From: Octopus bimaculoides | Taxonomy: Eukaryota | NCBI RefSeq assembly: GCF_001194135.2 | Contig: NC_068982.1 | Span: 129,690,771-129,754,770 of the forward strand | Reading direction: 5' to 3' | Length of the DNA stretch: 64,000 nt | Part shown: piece after piece, positions 1 to 13,331 of the stretch | How the letters are laid out: each line of letters starts with the position of its first letter | Position numbering within the stretch: the first letter of the stretch is position 1 | Notes under the pieces: generated by a model | Seen by the model: the letters and a program-made list of their open reading frames with translations, nothing else | The model's database searches: none | What the model was told of the DNA's origin: nothing | Translations under genes and position numbers: made by a program

Positions 1-620
1 CCAGAAGGTAAGGGAGAAAAAAAAGTGGAGATGAGGTATTAGGGAGTTACCTCGAGGGGTGGGTGGGAGAAGGTGGATAGAGACAGAACAGATGCAGAGA
101 ATTGAATCAAGGATGGCTTGGAATGTGGGTAGGTTTACAAGAGTGTAAAAGGAGAGTGACAGGTAGCAAAGATGGAGGAAAAAGTGAAAGCAATGAAATG
201 GAGGCATGGAGTTACAGTTTAGGTGAATGTAAGAAAAATGGAAGTAGATCATCGAGGAGGAAATGGTAGGGGTAACACTTTAAAGAAAAAAGAAAAGGGT
301 TAGAACAGCAGTTCCAGAAAGTAGTAAATAGGAAGATGAGGTGAAGAGAGAAGATGTACATTGACAGAGAAAAAGATACATACAGGTGGATATAGCGAGT
401 TACAAAAAGGAACATAGATGGCAGGTGAGAGTATATTCAAGGAGCATGTAGTGGACATATAGTGGATACTTGTGTGTGAGATGCAAGGAAGAGGAGGTGA
501 TGTGTGGTATTGACTGCATTAAAAGTAAGCATTGTTACAGTTGACAGCAAGTTGTTTGTTAATGTATTAAATGAAGAGTGTAGGGTATGAACCATGTAGT
601 AAAAGTAACCTATCCAACAA
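1..620 (-). mobile_element. Degraded L2/CR1-group LINE 3' fragment (tentative)
   Basis: Strong purine skew on the + strand. Minus-strand peptide remnants such as LFTTFWNCCSN resemble the PRTxxLWNSLP C-terminal motif of L2/CR1 ORF2. Heavily decayed. Confidence 0.35.
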
Positions 621-1064
621 AAGAACATTCAAAAGAAAAATCAACATGAAATAGGGGAAGAATGTTAGATTAGACAACTATGTGACTGCCATAATAATAC
701 TGACTGCCTAATTTATAGAAGCTGTTCAAAGAAAGAGTATCTAACCATACAAAACACCATCAAATCAAAAATGGAGTTTGGAAATATTTCATTTATCCAG
801 ATAGGTACTTATCAGCTGTTCAACACATGTAAACATACATTTTCACACAATGGACATAGGCAAAAATAAATATTATAAGAATCTATATTGTATTTCTAAA
901 TGATATAAGCTTGAGGTTTTTAATTCTTTTTCCATTAAATTTTTTAAAAGAGTTGTTTCTCATATAAAAAAAAGTCAATCATACTGATGTAACACACATT
1001 ATATAAAATAATTTGTCAAAGTAGTAGATTATCATCTATTTGGAAAATTAAAACCATTACTTAC

Positions 1065-1222
1065 TTTTTGCATTCTTAAAGCTGTCATGTAAAGCAGCAG
1101 GATTGTCAATGATACTCTTGTAAATGCCAGGAATCTCATCCATTTCAGTGGGACTAAATCCAGGAACAAAAAAGTTGTTGTCTTTGGCCACAGATTGAAC
1201 TTCACCAAGAAATTCATGCACT
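1065..1222 (-). CDS. ABCA2: ABCA2-like transporter, next internal coding exon, 158 nt, phase 2 in / phase 1 out
   Basis: Acceptor tttccag| and donor |gtaagt. Open in the frame dictated by the previous exon (AG+A = Arg): VHEFLGEVQSVAKDNNFFVPGFSPTEMDEIPGIYKSIIDNPAALHDSFKNAK. Sequence similarity alone is weak; support is from splice sites, phase and an open frame. Confidence 0.82.
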
Positions 1223-3319
1223 CTGGAAATAATTATATGGCTTGAAAATTAGGAAGTAATACATTAATTAATAAAATAATTGAGGTTGAAACAATACATC
1301 AGAAAACAGAGTACATTATCCTAAGTGGCATGTTGTGAGTTTTCTAGTATGCTCTAAAATTTAATTTTTTGTCCTGCATAAAAACCATCTTTGGTGCTCA
1401 CTCAATCAATCACAGAGTGTTGAAGGTAGCCAACTGACTCATGTGCCTCCACTCTTGCTGATGGATCACTGATGCCACAAATTGCTTTGGAGATTTGCAC
1501 AGATGAATGTATTTTTGGACTGACCACATCATGTTACACACATAACTTTCTATATATATGTTCAGAATAGTTTTCTTCTCTCAGTCAGCAATTATTAACA
1601 TTATTCATTTGTAATTAGTCAACACCAAATATTATGTATCAAGTTAAATGTTTGTTTGTTTCAGTTGTTATTCTCACAGCTAATAAAGACATTTACATGT
1701 ACATTACGCAATGTTAATAAAACCATGCACTTCGACAATGGCAATGCATACTTCTAAAGTGTATTTTCATTGACCAGCTCAACTCAAACAAGAGACCTTG
1801 CAACAATCCATCGATTCTTAAAGACACCACAAAGCATATCTTCCATCAAGCTGTATGATGATAGAAGATAAAATGTTATTTTTACAGTGTTGTTATGGCT
1901 TACAGTAATGAATGTGGCACTTGCTTAGAGATAAATGGAATGGTCAATATGTTTTGATCATGGACACAACACTGCAGTAGCAGGATATAACCAGCTGATT
2001 CTTTGGCTGTCAGTCTCTTTCTTTTATTTTATCTTCTAATCAAGAAGAGCAGTTCCCATGATTTCTTGCAAGGCCTCTTCAAATTTGAGTTCTGGTCTGA
2101 ATGCATGCAACATAGGGACCTCTATTTGAGGAGTCAAAGGGACCAAGTGGACATGTTAAGCTGGGCAACAGATTAAGTCTACCACCTAAGTAGGCTGGTG
2201 GGGGATTTGAACCCCAATCAAAAAGCTAGAAAAATTGCTGAAGGGCATCCCCATCTAATGCTGTAACATTTCTGCCAGTCCACCAGCCTAGACAATTCCA
2301 GAAAGATAAAAAGCAAATTTAACCTCAGCAAAATTTGAACTGGAAATACAAGGTGTGAGTACCACGATGTCTTTTGTCTAATGTTCTAACAACTGCCAAT
2401 TTGACACCATAAAAATCTAATACAATAATAGCAAGACATCAACTTTCTGATGTAGAGGTATTCAGTTGAGAGAATTAAATTCAAATAATTTTCTTGACTT
2501 TTGAACTTAAAAAAAAAATAATAAATGATTCCACCCCATTCCCAAATTTTCTGTTGAAGAAAAAAAACAAAACAAGTAGTGTGTCAATAACTGAGGAAAT
2601 GTCAGGTTTGTGTTAATTAGTAATCATTGTAAGCCAGAAGATCTTTCTTACTGACACAAATTATCAAGAAATCATTAAAATAAAAATCGGATTGTGATAA
2701 TGAAAAGTATTGACAAAATGTCACTGGTTAAACATCTGGATGAATGCCTTCCTATGGATTATACCTATAACTAATCTCTTGCTTCTATTAGTGTTTTACT
2801 GGCTATACTAAGATGCATGTGTCAAACCTGCACATTACTACAGCATTGTAAATATTTTCAGTTGCCTCACAAGTTCACTGACTCTTTTCCTCTTCATACA
2901 TAACAGTTTAACAAACATCACTAATTCTAAACATTATTTTATTAGAAATGAATCCACTTTTCTTTCAGATACCAGGCTCAATTAATTGCTAATATTGTCG
3001 GGTCCTGCTAAATCACTTCCAAACATTTTTATCATATCCTTTTATAAAAACCTAACAACCTGATAACATTTAATAAAACCAGGATACTTGCATTATTTAT
3101 TTCAAAGAAAAACTAGCTGCCAACCTAACTTCTCAGAGATTATCCCTAAAAAGAGACTTATTTCTTTATGTTACAAACTATTCTGTCTTACAATTTCATG
3201 GTTCTTAACACAATCACATTTCATAAAGGTGACTTGCTTTATTCTTTAAAGAAAATTACTGATACCCTACAGGCTTTGAATACATTTCCTTAAGCAGTGC
3301 TACCTTCATAGAGCTCCAC

Positions 3320-3560
3320 CTTAGCAGTTTCCATGTGATTGTTTCACCTGCTAGAAATAGCAACCAAATCCCCATTGAAACAACTTACTGCCTTAAAGAA
3401 TATATTAGATAATGCAGTGCAGGATGCACTGTGTGAGTTGATCAGTGACAATGATGAGACCCTCCAGAAGTGTAGGACTCTACATACACCAAAGAAGACA
3501 AGTTAGTAATAGTTGGATTTCTTTTAAGCTTGATCAGGATTTACCTAGAGCTGAACAACA
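3320..3560 (+). repeat. Unclassified interspersed repeat (cctgctagaaatagcaaccaaat family); related copies near 50770-50970 (-), 51930-52040 (+), 61200-61395 (+)
   Basis: Shared motif cacctgctagaaatagcaaccaaatc (3345-3370) vs aacctgctagaaataccaaccatatc (61219-61244), and a similar ctagagctgaacaaca / ctggaggctaaagaaca end. Confidence 0.55.
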
Positions 3561-4702
3561 TTCATACTAAATTACACTAAGAAAGTCATTTATTTGATCA
3601 ACTACTCTTATAAAATGTGTGCTCATTCCCCTGCTTGTCACTTTTGTCAAGCCCTTACTTACACTAGTCAAGCATCCCTTTATTCTGTGTTATACCTTTT
3701 TTCATGCTAAATATTAAGCATCTAATTTTCAAGTTGCAACATGACCTCTCAATGTCACTTACACTACCCTTTCAATGTGAGGTTAAATAAATAGTATTAT
3801 ATTAATCAAACAAGATTAGAGACTCTATAAAGAACAAATTCTTTCTTCACCAAGCCTTATCTGCAGTTCAGGTTTTATTTTAATTTTCTGACAGCTGCTT
3901 TCACCTGTAACTAAGGAAAGCCAGGTTACAAACATCTTATGATAAAGAATACAAAGCATGAATAATAAAGTAGGTTGCTCTTTATTTCATAAGACATCAA
4001 TATGCAAAGACAGCATGTTCGATAAGCATAACTTCGATTCGGCAATGTTTATTATATAAGCTTATCTAGTGGTTGAAATTGATGTTTCTTGAAATATTCA
4101 AAGCAGAAAAGACTTTATGAACCCAAATTACAATTTCAAAGGCTTAGAGAAATGAGCTCACTTGTCAACAATATGACAAGTAAATCCAAAGCAGACATAG
4201 CTGTGTGGATAAGATGCTTACTTCACAATCACACTGTTCTGAGCTTGATCCCACTGTGAGCCACACTGGACAAATATCCTCTCTGATAACCTTGGTTTGA
4301 TCCAAACTTCGTCAATGAAATTTGGAAGATAGAAATTCTGTAGAAGCCTGTCAGATTATATAGGTTGTTGGGTAGTAGGCAAAATCTGACACTCGATTGG
4401 ACTTACACCTGGTGATGTCTTGAGTCATGTCTGCTGTTGCCAGCATTCAGTCCAGGTTTACATTCTAAGTGTGTGATTTCTTCCTCTCTCCCTCCCTCCT
4501 ACCATCCCTCTCATCAAGGTCCTGATTACTACCTTTCTCATTAGTAAATCATTAAAAAAAAATGAATAAAACAGAAAAAATTCTCAGTCTTCAGCAACAT
4601 GAAATTAACAATGGATATAGCTTAATTATTTCATATTTTCCTAATACAATTTACCAGGTATATTACAAGCTAACTCAATTTTCAACAACATAACAATAAT
4701 AA

Positions 4703-5605
4703 ATGTTGAAGGCTGCACTGAGTGAGGTGATCAAGGACAATGATGAGACCCTCCAGAAGTACAAATTGAGGAATAATAAGGGAAAGATCATCAACTGGAA
4801 AGACAGAATTCTACAAAGAGAGTTTTTCCAGCAAGCATTGAATGAAGCTGATGAAGAATCCTGGAGATGGTTAAGACATGGATTTTTAAAGAAGGAGACA
4901 GCAGGACTGATCCTTGCTGCTCAAGAACAAGCCTTACAAACCAAGTCTATCAAGTGTAGCATTTTTAAGACAGTAGTATCACCTTTTTGTAGATTACATG
5001 AAAATTCATCCGAGATAGACATACAATTAATGGATGCTCAAAACTGGTCCAAAAGGAGTTTAGAAAATACCATGACAAAGTGGCAGTGCAAATACACTGG
5101 GAGTTGTGTAGGAAGTATGGGCACTAAGCTTTTCCAGTAGCAGAGAATGATCAGATGAAACTCACATGGGATATGCCAATCTACATAGATACGAAACTGC
5201 AACATAACTAACCAGATATCACTCTCCTATAGAAGGAGCCCAAAGAACAGACATTCAACATAGCTATACCTGCAGACTTGAATATTGTGAAGACAAAACA
5301 AGAAAGTTGAGAAGTACTAAGATCTAACATTGGAAATTAAACATCCATAGAGCCTCAAAAATGCAAGTGAGATTTATTGTGATCAGTGTACTTGGGACCA
5401 TCTTAAAGAAAGCAATATTCTGGTATGAAAAGCTGCAAATCTTAAACTTCATAGGAAGTACACAGTTGGTAGCAATACTTGGAACAGAACGTATTGAGAA
5501 AAGTGTTGTGTCTCTAAGCTGTGAGAAGGAGCTGAAATGTGACTGATAATTCAGAAGAAGGGAAAATACAAGAATATGAATAAAAATAATGATAATAATG
5601 ATAGT
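4703..5605 (+). mobile_element. 5'-truncated R4/Dong-like non-LTR retrotransposon (RLE type), pseudogenised
   Basis: SWRWLRHGFLKKETAGLILAAQEQALQTKSIK...PFCRL zinc-knuckle region. Then frameshifted RLE remnants: LTWDMPIY, (K)PDITLL, NIAIPAD, KY*DL, FIVISVLGT, VAILGTERI. Ends in an (AAT/GAT)n tail at ~5580-5605. Confidence 0.85.
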
Positions 5606-6749
5606 GACATGTCAGATATACTGTTTAATCTTTTCATATCTCTTATGATTAGATTGTCAGAATACAGAAAATTAACTTTCAAATACCTTTAATAGTAATC
5701 TTTAGCTCTAGAACTAAAAATATAGTATTCCTAATAATAATTTTAAGTCAAAAATATATTGAAAAATACTGTGTTATTTTTAATTTCTATGATTATATGT
5801 TTTCTTTATGATACCAAAATAAAAATTGTTTGAAGATTCCTTAATTTTAGACTAAGCAAAGCATTGTGAAGAGAAAATGTTTTACTACATAATGTTGTGC
5901 TTGCAAAAAAATATTTCAAGTGAATATGACTCATAGAAGCTTCAAAACAACATTTCAAAGAGTTGTCACCATTGCTGAAATGGAAGATAGAAAGAACATA
6001 CAAAGCCACACATAGACATATGGAAAACACACATACATACATACAACTTTTAGAGATAAATATAAATCCATTCACAGCACAGACACTGGCATTCACATGA
6101 ACACACACACAAACACATAGAACATTTGGGCCAAAGGACAAGGCATAAAGGAAGTCTAAAACATGCACATGGACACACACACACACANNNNNNNNNNNNN
6201 NNNNNNNNNNNNNNNNNNNNNNNNNNNNNNNNNNNNNNNNNNNNNNNNNNNNNNNNNNNNNNNNNNNNNNNNNNNNNNNNNNNNNNNNNNNNNNNNNNNN
6301 NNNNNNNNNNNNNNNNNNNNNNNNNNNNNNNNNNNNNNNNNNNNNNNNNNNNNNNNNNNNNNNNNNNNNNNNNNNNNNNNNNNNNNNGTAAAAATGAATA
6401 CACAAATTTAATGAATTTGTTATGAAAAAACAGCATTTATAGTTTTGCATAAATGTCAAAACTACTATTGTCCTCGCTAGCTCTCAAAATTCTATACACT
6501 TATCTTCTACCTATCTCCTATCTACCCCACCTCTCTATCTATCTATCTATAGCTCTTATCCTTTCATATAAAGACAGAAATCATGTATAACAAATACATA
6601 CACATATACTTGCTCAAGGTGAAATACAGTGGAACTAAACCTGAAATCATGTGGTTTGGAAGAGAATTTAACCACATAGCCATGCCTGAGTCTATATATA
6701 CATATGTGTGTATGTATTATATATATATATATATATATATGCGCACATG

Positions 6750-6895
6750 CAAGGTGCGGTGGATAAATTGTCGCCTAAATTAGGCAAAAATGAAAATAAC
6801 ATTGACATCTCATTCTAACAGATATATTTATCAAAATATCTTGAAATACTAAAGAGTAAATTTATTCAATAAAATCACCATTGGCTTCAACTGAC
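6750..6895 (-). mobile_element. 3' end of a Tc1/maT-like DNA transposon
   Basis: Minus strand reads VEANGDFIE*, a typical transposase C-terminus, followed by an AT-rich UTR and a CAAGGTG-type terminus at 6750. Confidence 0.5.
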
Positions 6896-6914
6896 TCACA
6901 GAAAACGACTTCTA

Positions 6915-7063
6915 GGCCGGATTCCAAAAGTGGAAGGAACATTGGGACCAGTGTATTGCTGCACAAGGTGATTATTTCGAAGGGGATTATGTTAAAACTT
7001 AGGTAAATAAGCTATTTTTTTTTAAACATAACTAGTCCAGGAACCTTTTGATACCACCTCGTA
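6915..7063 (+). mobile_element. 3' end of a mariner transposon
   Basis: FQKWKEHWDQCIAAQGDYFEGDY is the mariner C-terminal motif. It is followed by a right TIR (gtccaggaaccttttgataccacctcg) and TA at 7062-7063. Confidence 0.8.
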
Positions 7064-7099
7064 TATGTGTTTACATACATGTATACACACACATACTAT

Positions 7100-7535
7100 A
7101 TCATCATCATCATCATCGTTTAACGTCCACTTTCCAGGGGGTAGGATGGTTGGTCCGCTGACATGAGTTGGACAGTTTAACTGGGGACTAGCGAGCCAGA
7201 TGGCTGCACCAGGCTCCAATCTGATCTGGCAGAGTTTCTACAGCTGGATGCTCTTCCTAACGCCAACCACTCCGAGAGTATAGTGGGTACTTTTACGTGC
7301 CACCGGCACGAGGGCCATTCAGGTGGTACTGGCAATGGCCACGCTCAAATTGTGTTTTCCACGTACCACTGGCATAAGTGCCAGTAAGGTGACGCTGGTA
7401 ACAATCACGCTCGAATGGTACTTTTTACATGCCACCGGCATGGGGTCCACGCAGCGGCCCTGGCCACAATCACACTTGGATGGTGCTCTTAGCGCTCCAC
7501 TAGCACGAATGCCAGTCATGTGGTGCTGTCATCGA
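7100..7535 (-). mobile_element. RTE-LINE 3' UTR copy ((GAT)n tail, internal ~65 bp tandem units)
   Basis: (CAT)n at 7101-7116 plus gtttaacgtcc, the cagctggatg...ttcctaacgccaaccactc core, and repeated gccagt...actggc units. Same family as the tails attached to RT sequence at 28265-29128 and 52263-52892. Confidence 0.85.
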
Positions 7536-7570
7536 ATTATATATATATATATATATATATTATATTCATA

Positions 7571-7832
7571 TGCCAGTGCCCCTGGACTGGCTTGTGCGGG
7601 TGGCACATAAAAGACACCATTTCGAGCGTGGCTGTTTTCGTGCGGGTGACACGTAAAAGCACCCACTACACTCTCTGAGTGGATGGCGTTAGGAAGGGCA
7701 TCCAGCTGTAGAAACTCTGCCAAATTAGATTGGAGCCTGGTGTTGCCATCCGGTTTCACCAGTCCTCAGTCAAATCGTCCAACCCATGCTAGCATGGAAA
7801 GTGGACGTTAAACAATGATGATGATGATGATA
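7571..7832 (+). mobile_element. RTE-LINE 3' UTR copy, young
   Basis: Nearly identical to 28859-29128 by visual alignment, retains CpGs, ends in a gatgatgat tail. Confidence 0.88.
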
Positions 7833-7834
7833 CT

Positions 7835-8160
7835 TCTGTCAGTCATTAGATTGCAGTCATGCTGGGACATCACCTTGGAGAATTTTAGTTGAACAAATTG
7901 ATCCCAGTACTTATTTTTTCTTAAGCCTGTTACTTATTTGCTGAACCCCTAAGTTACAAGGGCATAAAGTCACTAACACTGGTTGTCAAGTGATGGTTGG
8001 AGACATGCACTCAACAGGCTTTTTTCAGTTTCTGTCTACCAAATCCACTCATAAGGTTTTGGTTAGCCTAAAGGTATAAAAGACACACAGTGAGTTTGAA
8101 CCTAGAATTATGTGACTGGGAAGCAAATTTCTTACCACCCCATGCCTGCACCTGTATGTA
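7835..8160 (-). mobile_element. tRNA-derived SINE, family 2 (OR-like)
   Basis: Same body as 19921-20310 and 20738-21112 (gtctaccaaatccactc, tgcagtcatgctgg). Confidence 0.7.
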
Positions 8161-8210
8161 TTACTCTTTTACTCGTTTCAGCCATGCGGCTGTGGTCATG
8201 CTGGAGCACC

Positions 8211-8246
<36 letters not shown>

Positions 8247-9679
8247 ATATACATATTTTTATATATATATTTATATATATACATATCCTTCCACCATCAC
8301 AGGCAAGGTTAGATGCCATTAATAGTGTGTAAGTGCAGACACACACAAACAACACTTCTAAAAATGCTGCTTCTATTTCCATACTCATACCATCAAAACA
8401 GTTATATTGTAGCTGAATGTCTTCCACAGCTATTACACCTGGTCCTATTTTACAGTTTACTACATTGAATGAAAGAAAGCTTTGCTGGGTCCAGATTTAA
8501 CTCAATGACTAGGGATTAATTATTATGCTATTATCTCAACTATCGAATAATATAACCATAACTACCCTATAATGATTTCTAACATCTATAATTAATGATT
8601 TTTTTAACATACCTACTTTATAACTACCACAATGAAACAAATCTAGTGCTAAAATAATTTTCTCAGGGGTGTAAATTAAGTTCACTCATAATATTCTGCC
8701 TTCAGATGTTTTGTTCTTATACTCCTCATTATGACCTTAATGTCTTTAACGTAAAACTTCTCCGCTATCATTATTAAATTTTAATATTCAGTTTTAAATA
8801 TTCCAAAAATAACAGGTTTTGTTCTTAGTCCTCTAATTTTGTATCTGTAAAAAAAACAAATAAACAAAAAAACAAAAAAGAAAATAACTTTGAGTAATTT
8901 TTTTTTTTACTGTGAAGACTTCAGGTAACTAGAATAATCAACACCATTGTGTAAAAGAAATTTCTTTTTAAACATCATTGTCATTGGTTAAAAAGATCTT
9001 GAAATACAGATTAATTACCGAGTACAATTTGAGACATACACTATCTCATCTTCTGTAGTTCCTTCAAGCATTTAGAATAAAATAAGCCCGTTTTAAATAA
9101 AGAGTGCTTGAATAAAATGGTTACTAGGAAACTAGCCAAGTCACAATCAAAAATAAACTATACTGATTGCAGTAAAGCAAGTTAGTCATACTAGTAGCTA
9201 AACAAGCAACTAGCAGCTAAACAAACAAAGCTGATCTCTAAAATAAATGAATTGAAAAGGAGGAAGACAGCCTCTTAAGTAGATGTTTTTTTATCTACAG
9301 ATTGCTCTTTAGGGTTTAGTTTAATAATTATTATTACCATTGCCAATGCTTCTTAGGCTAGTAAAGTAACTGAATGCATTCAATACTGGACTAAACGACA
9401 TGCAGTAATTAATTACATTTCTAATGTTTCAAGTTCAAATCCTGCTGAGATCTGTTATGACTTTCATGCTTAAAGAGTTCAATCAAATGAATACCAGTAA
9501 TCTGTTGTTTAAACTCAGATCAGCCCTGATTGAGCAAATGTGTTCCTGTCATGATATTTCTCCATACATGAGTAAGCAACCTTGTTTTCCAACCTAGCAC
9601 ACATCTAAAACCTCTTTTTCAGTGCAGATTATAATTACTTTCTTATTTCATTTCATTATCTATCTATGTAAACAGTTTC

Positions 9680-10068
9680 GTCTTCCATGCTGGTGGTACA
9701 CAAAAAGCATCATTCGAGTGTGATCATTGCCAGTGCCACTTGACTGGCTCTTGTGCTGGTGGCATGTAAAAAGCAGCATTCGAGCGTGGTTGTTGCCAGT
9801 GCCGCATGACCGGCTCCCTTGCCGGTGACACATAAAAGACACCATTCAAGCGTGGTCAATACCAATACCTCCTGACTGGCCCTCATGCCAGTGGTACATA
9901 AAAAGCACCCACTACACTCTGTGGTTGATGTTAGGAAGGGCATCCAGCTGTAGAAACTTTGCCAGATCAGATTGGAGCCTGGAGCAGTCTTCTGGCTAGC
10001 CAGCCCTCAGTCAAACCGTCCAATCCATGCCAGCATGGAAAGCAGATGTTAAACAATGATGATGATGA
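9680..10068 (+). mobile_element. RTE-LINE 3' UTR copy
   Basis: Three to four tandem units, the ggaagggcatccagctgtagaaac core, and a (GAT)n tail. Confidence 0.85.
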
Positions 10069-10828
10069 GTAACTACATTGTTCAATGAATCATATTTAAG
10101 AATGATTTGAGGAGACTTGGCTGCTGTTTCTAGAAGGGTTGAATAATTAAAAAGAGGTATCTTTGCAACAACTACTAATGAAGGAACCTTGTATCTAAGT
10201 TACGAGAACAGTTGAAGCATTACTGTTTACTATGTTTGTTGTTTTGATAAGTTTCCTTGAGTCCAGTTACATTTAATACTCTAGTGAAGTACATCTATTG
10301 AAACTGAAATGAAACTGGCTGTAATGATTCCCAGAAGATTAAATTTTTATTCCTTCAACATGCCTGTAGTATACGACTTTTAAACTTAAAATATTTAATT
10401 TTCAAGTGACTCAATCTAAATAGACAACATTTTCCATTGCATTTGTCATACTATTGTTTCAATTCTTTCACTCAGAGATCTTAAGTAAATATATTAGATA
10501 ATAATTTAAACATGGCTAAGTAAATGCTAAAAGACTGAATTATCATTCTGAAACGTTAAAAAGAATGTTAAAGATTTTATCTCATTGAAATTTCATTTGA
10601 ACAACTAAAATCTGTTAGTCATCATATTTCTGATGAATAACATCACATTTTTAACATCATCCATATTTTCATAAGCAACTCCATATTATATATATCTCCT
10701 TTATTTCCTCTTCTCCTTCCACCTATGCAAATAGCTGGGTCCCTCCGCACAAAGCTACTTCCTCTTGACATCTATCTCATTCTTACCCTCATCAACTCCT
10801 ACCCATATTTACTGTCATTATAACCTAA

Positions 10829-11035
10829 GACAATGAGCTGGCAGAATTGTTAACATGTAAGACAAAATGCTTAGTGGCATTGCTTACAGTTTTTTACATT
10901 CTGAGATCAAATCTCACTCTCAAGTCAACTTTGACTTTCATCCTTTTGTTGATAAAATAAACACTGGGGTTGATGTAATTAACTTACCCCCTCCTCTCAA
11001 AATTGTTGACCTTGTGCCAAAATTAGAATTACTAC
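10829..11035 (+). mobile_element. tRNA-derived SINE, family 1 (OK-like)
   Basis: gagctggcagaattgttaa head, B-box-like ctgagatcaaat, and 3' gaccttgtgccaaaatt. Same family as the 13609-15470 cluster. Confidence 0.75.
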
Positions 11036-13328
11036 CATTGTCTACTCCCCATTCATTTTATTCATCTCTCACTTTTCCTCACATGTCATAACCTTTAACC
11101 ATACCCTCATCTTTCATTCAATCCTCCCATTACACTCCTATCTATTATATTCTTCTGCTGCTGTAAATAATGAAATCAGAACTGTTACTACAATTTCCTA
11201 TCATTTCTGTGTTGCCAGTCATCACTCCCTCTCCAAGATACTCCCAAACAACATCTATATCATTCCCACCACTCATATTTACCGTCAATCACCTCCATCC
11301 CTGTTCACCATTTATTATATTCATCTTCTAGACACAACTGACAACTTCCACCCCATGTTTAAATCTAACTCCCACTCTCCCCTCATACTTTTGTAACCTT
11401 ACCCACTCATGCTAATTTCCCTGTCTCTATACTCCATTCACTTTTTTGGACACGTTACCTTGAGGGTATGTCCTAGCATCTCAACACCACCATATTTACC
11501 TCTCTGACTTATATAAAATGCAAAAAAGCCATCAATCTTCCCCATAACAAACCTGTCCTTACTCTTCCAATCATACATTAACCACTCAACACCTCACACA
11601 AAGCAACCACTATCTCCTAATTCTCCCTTACTAGTGATGGTGTCACAATAAAAGTACCTAGCACACTCTGCAAAAAGTGCTTGACATTAAAAAGGCCATT
11701 TGATTGTAGAAACCATGCTAAAACTGAGACACTGGAACAAGATGTGGTTCTCCAACCCATTGCGTCCTGTCTAACTATCCAACAAATGCCAGCACGAAAA
11801 GCAGATGGAAAAAATGATGATCACTAAAATGCTTAAATATCATATGTTAATATAAAGACATTGAAAATAGTATATTTTAGCCAGATCAATGCAGCAGATG
11901 AAGAACAAAAGAAATTCTCCTTTTTGATGTCAAGTTGTATAGTGTGAGACTCTTAAAATGCAAGAATGGTATAAACTGCTTGAAGGAATATACATAAAAG
12001 AAATCTTTCCTAGAATAGCTAACAGAAAAAAAAAAAATAAAACATGTTAGAAAATATTAGTAATGAGAAATTAAATAAAGCATGTAAAATGAACTGTAGC
12101 TGTGGCCTTATTTGGGATGACTAAAATTAACTGAAGAAGTAATGAGAAAATGAAAGTCAATAATTAAAGCTTGTTATAACACAAGAAAAATATGGTTGCA
12201 GGCAAAGTTAAGAACCTAGAGAACTATAAACCAATTTCAAATCTTTTAATAGGTAAGCAAATTGGAGAAATAAAAATTGATTTGTTTTTTATTATGAAAC
12301 ATACTAAGCTACAAACATTACATTGTTTTGTGGAAACAAAGAATAAAACAGTGGAGAGAGAGAGAGGGAGAGAGCAGTATGGGGGGGGGGTTAACAAAAT
12401 AGAAAGAGAGAAGAAAAAATAAGTTTTTATTTATATACATTATTCAGAAGTGGATAATCTTCCAGACTGTAGTTGATATTTAGGGGAGGTATTTGCAGAA
12501 AATGATCTTGAAAATAATCTTGGAAAGTAAGGAAATTGTAGAGGGTTGCATTCCCAGAGAAGAATTGTATAGTGTTTAATGCAAGCTCAAAGAGGTAAGA
12601 GAGTGAGTGGCAGAAGAAGAGACAGATTAGGCAGGTAAGATTGAGGAATGGTAAGCATCTACCTAATTAAGAAAGCAAGAAGCCCTAGTAGAAAAAATTG
12701 TGTGTCAAAGTGCATCTTTGCCAGTCACTTAAATGGTGTTTTTTGCATATAATGTTTGAGTATGTAACAATAACACTATCTCAAAATATGGTTCTTTCTG
12801 GAACTTTACAGCAGATCAGTAATTAATCAGGGCTGAAGTATTTCCTGACCCTAAGGAATCCTAGTCTTCATGGCGTCATTTTAGCAATACAACAATATAT
12901 GTGTAGGGATTCACAGGGAGAAACTTGTTTTGAAATTTTTATCTTCACCATGACTTTGAAGGTTTTATTTTAATTTATGACAAGAGAGAGTGAGGTACAA
13001 AACTGTTTCCTTGATCCTCCCTGATGTATCACAGATATATTCACCTGAGCACTGTATACAATAAGTTCATTATTATTATTATTATATCTGTGGGCCTTTG
13101 TTTGAAAGTAACAAACATATTGTGAAAGAAATCTCCAATTAAATTCTCCAGTAAAAAAAAAAAATGACAGAGAAAAGGGAAGAAAGAAAAAGGATGAAAG
13201 CAAAAAGATAAAGAAAATGATTGGAAAGATTTAAAAACTGATGTCTAACCATGCAAATAATTTCAAGACCAGTGTCAGTTCTAATATCATTTAACTTAGA
13301 TCTTATAAGATTTTAAGTTCTATAATTA

Positions 13329-13331
<3 letters not shown>

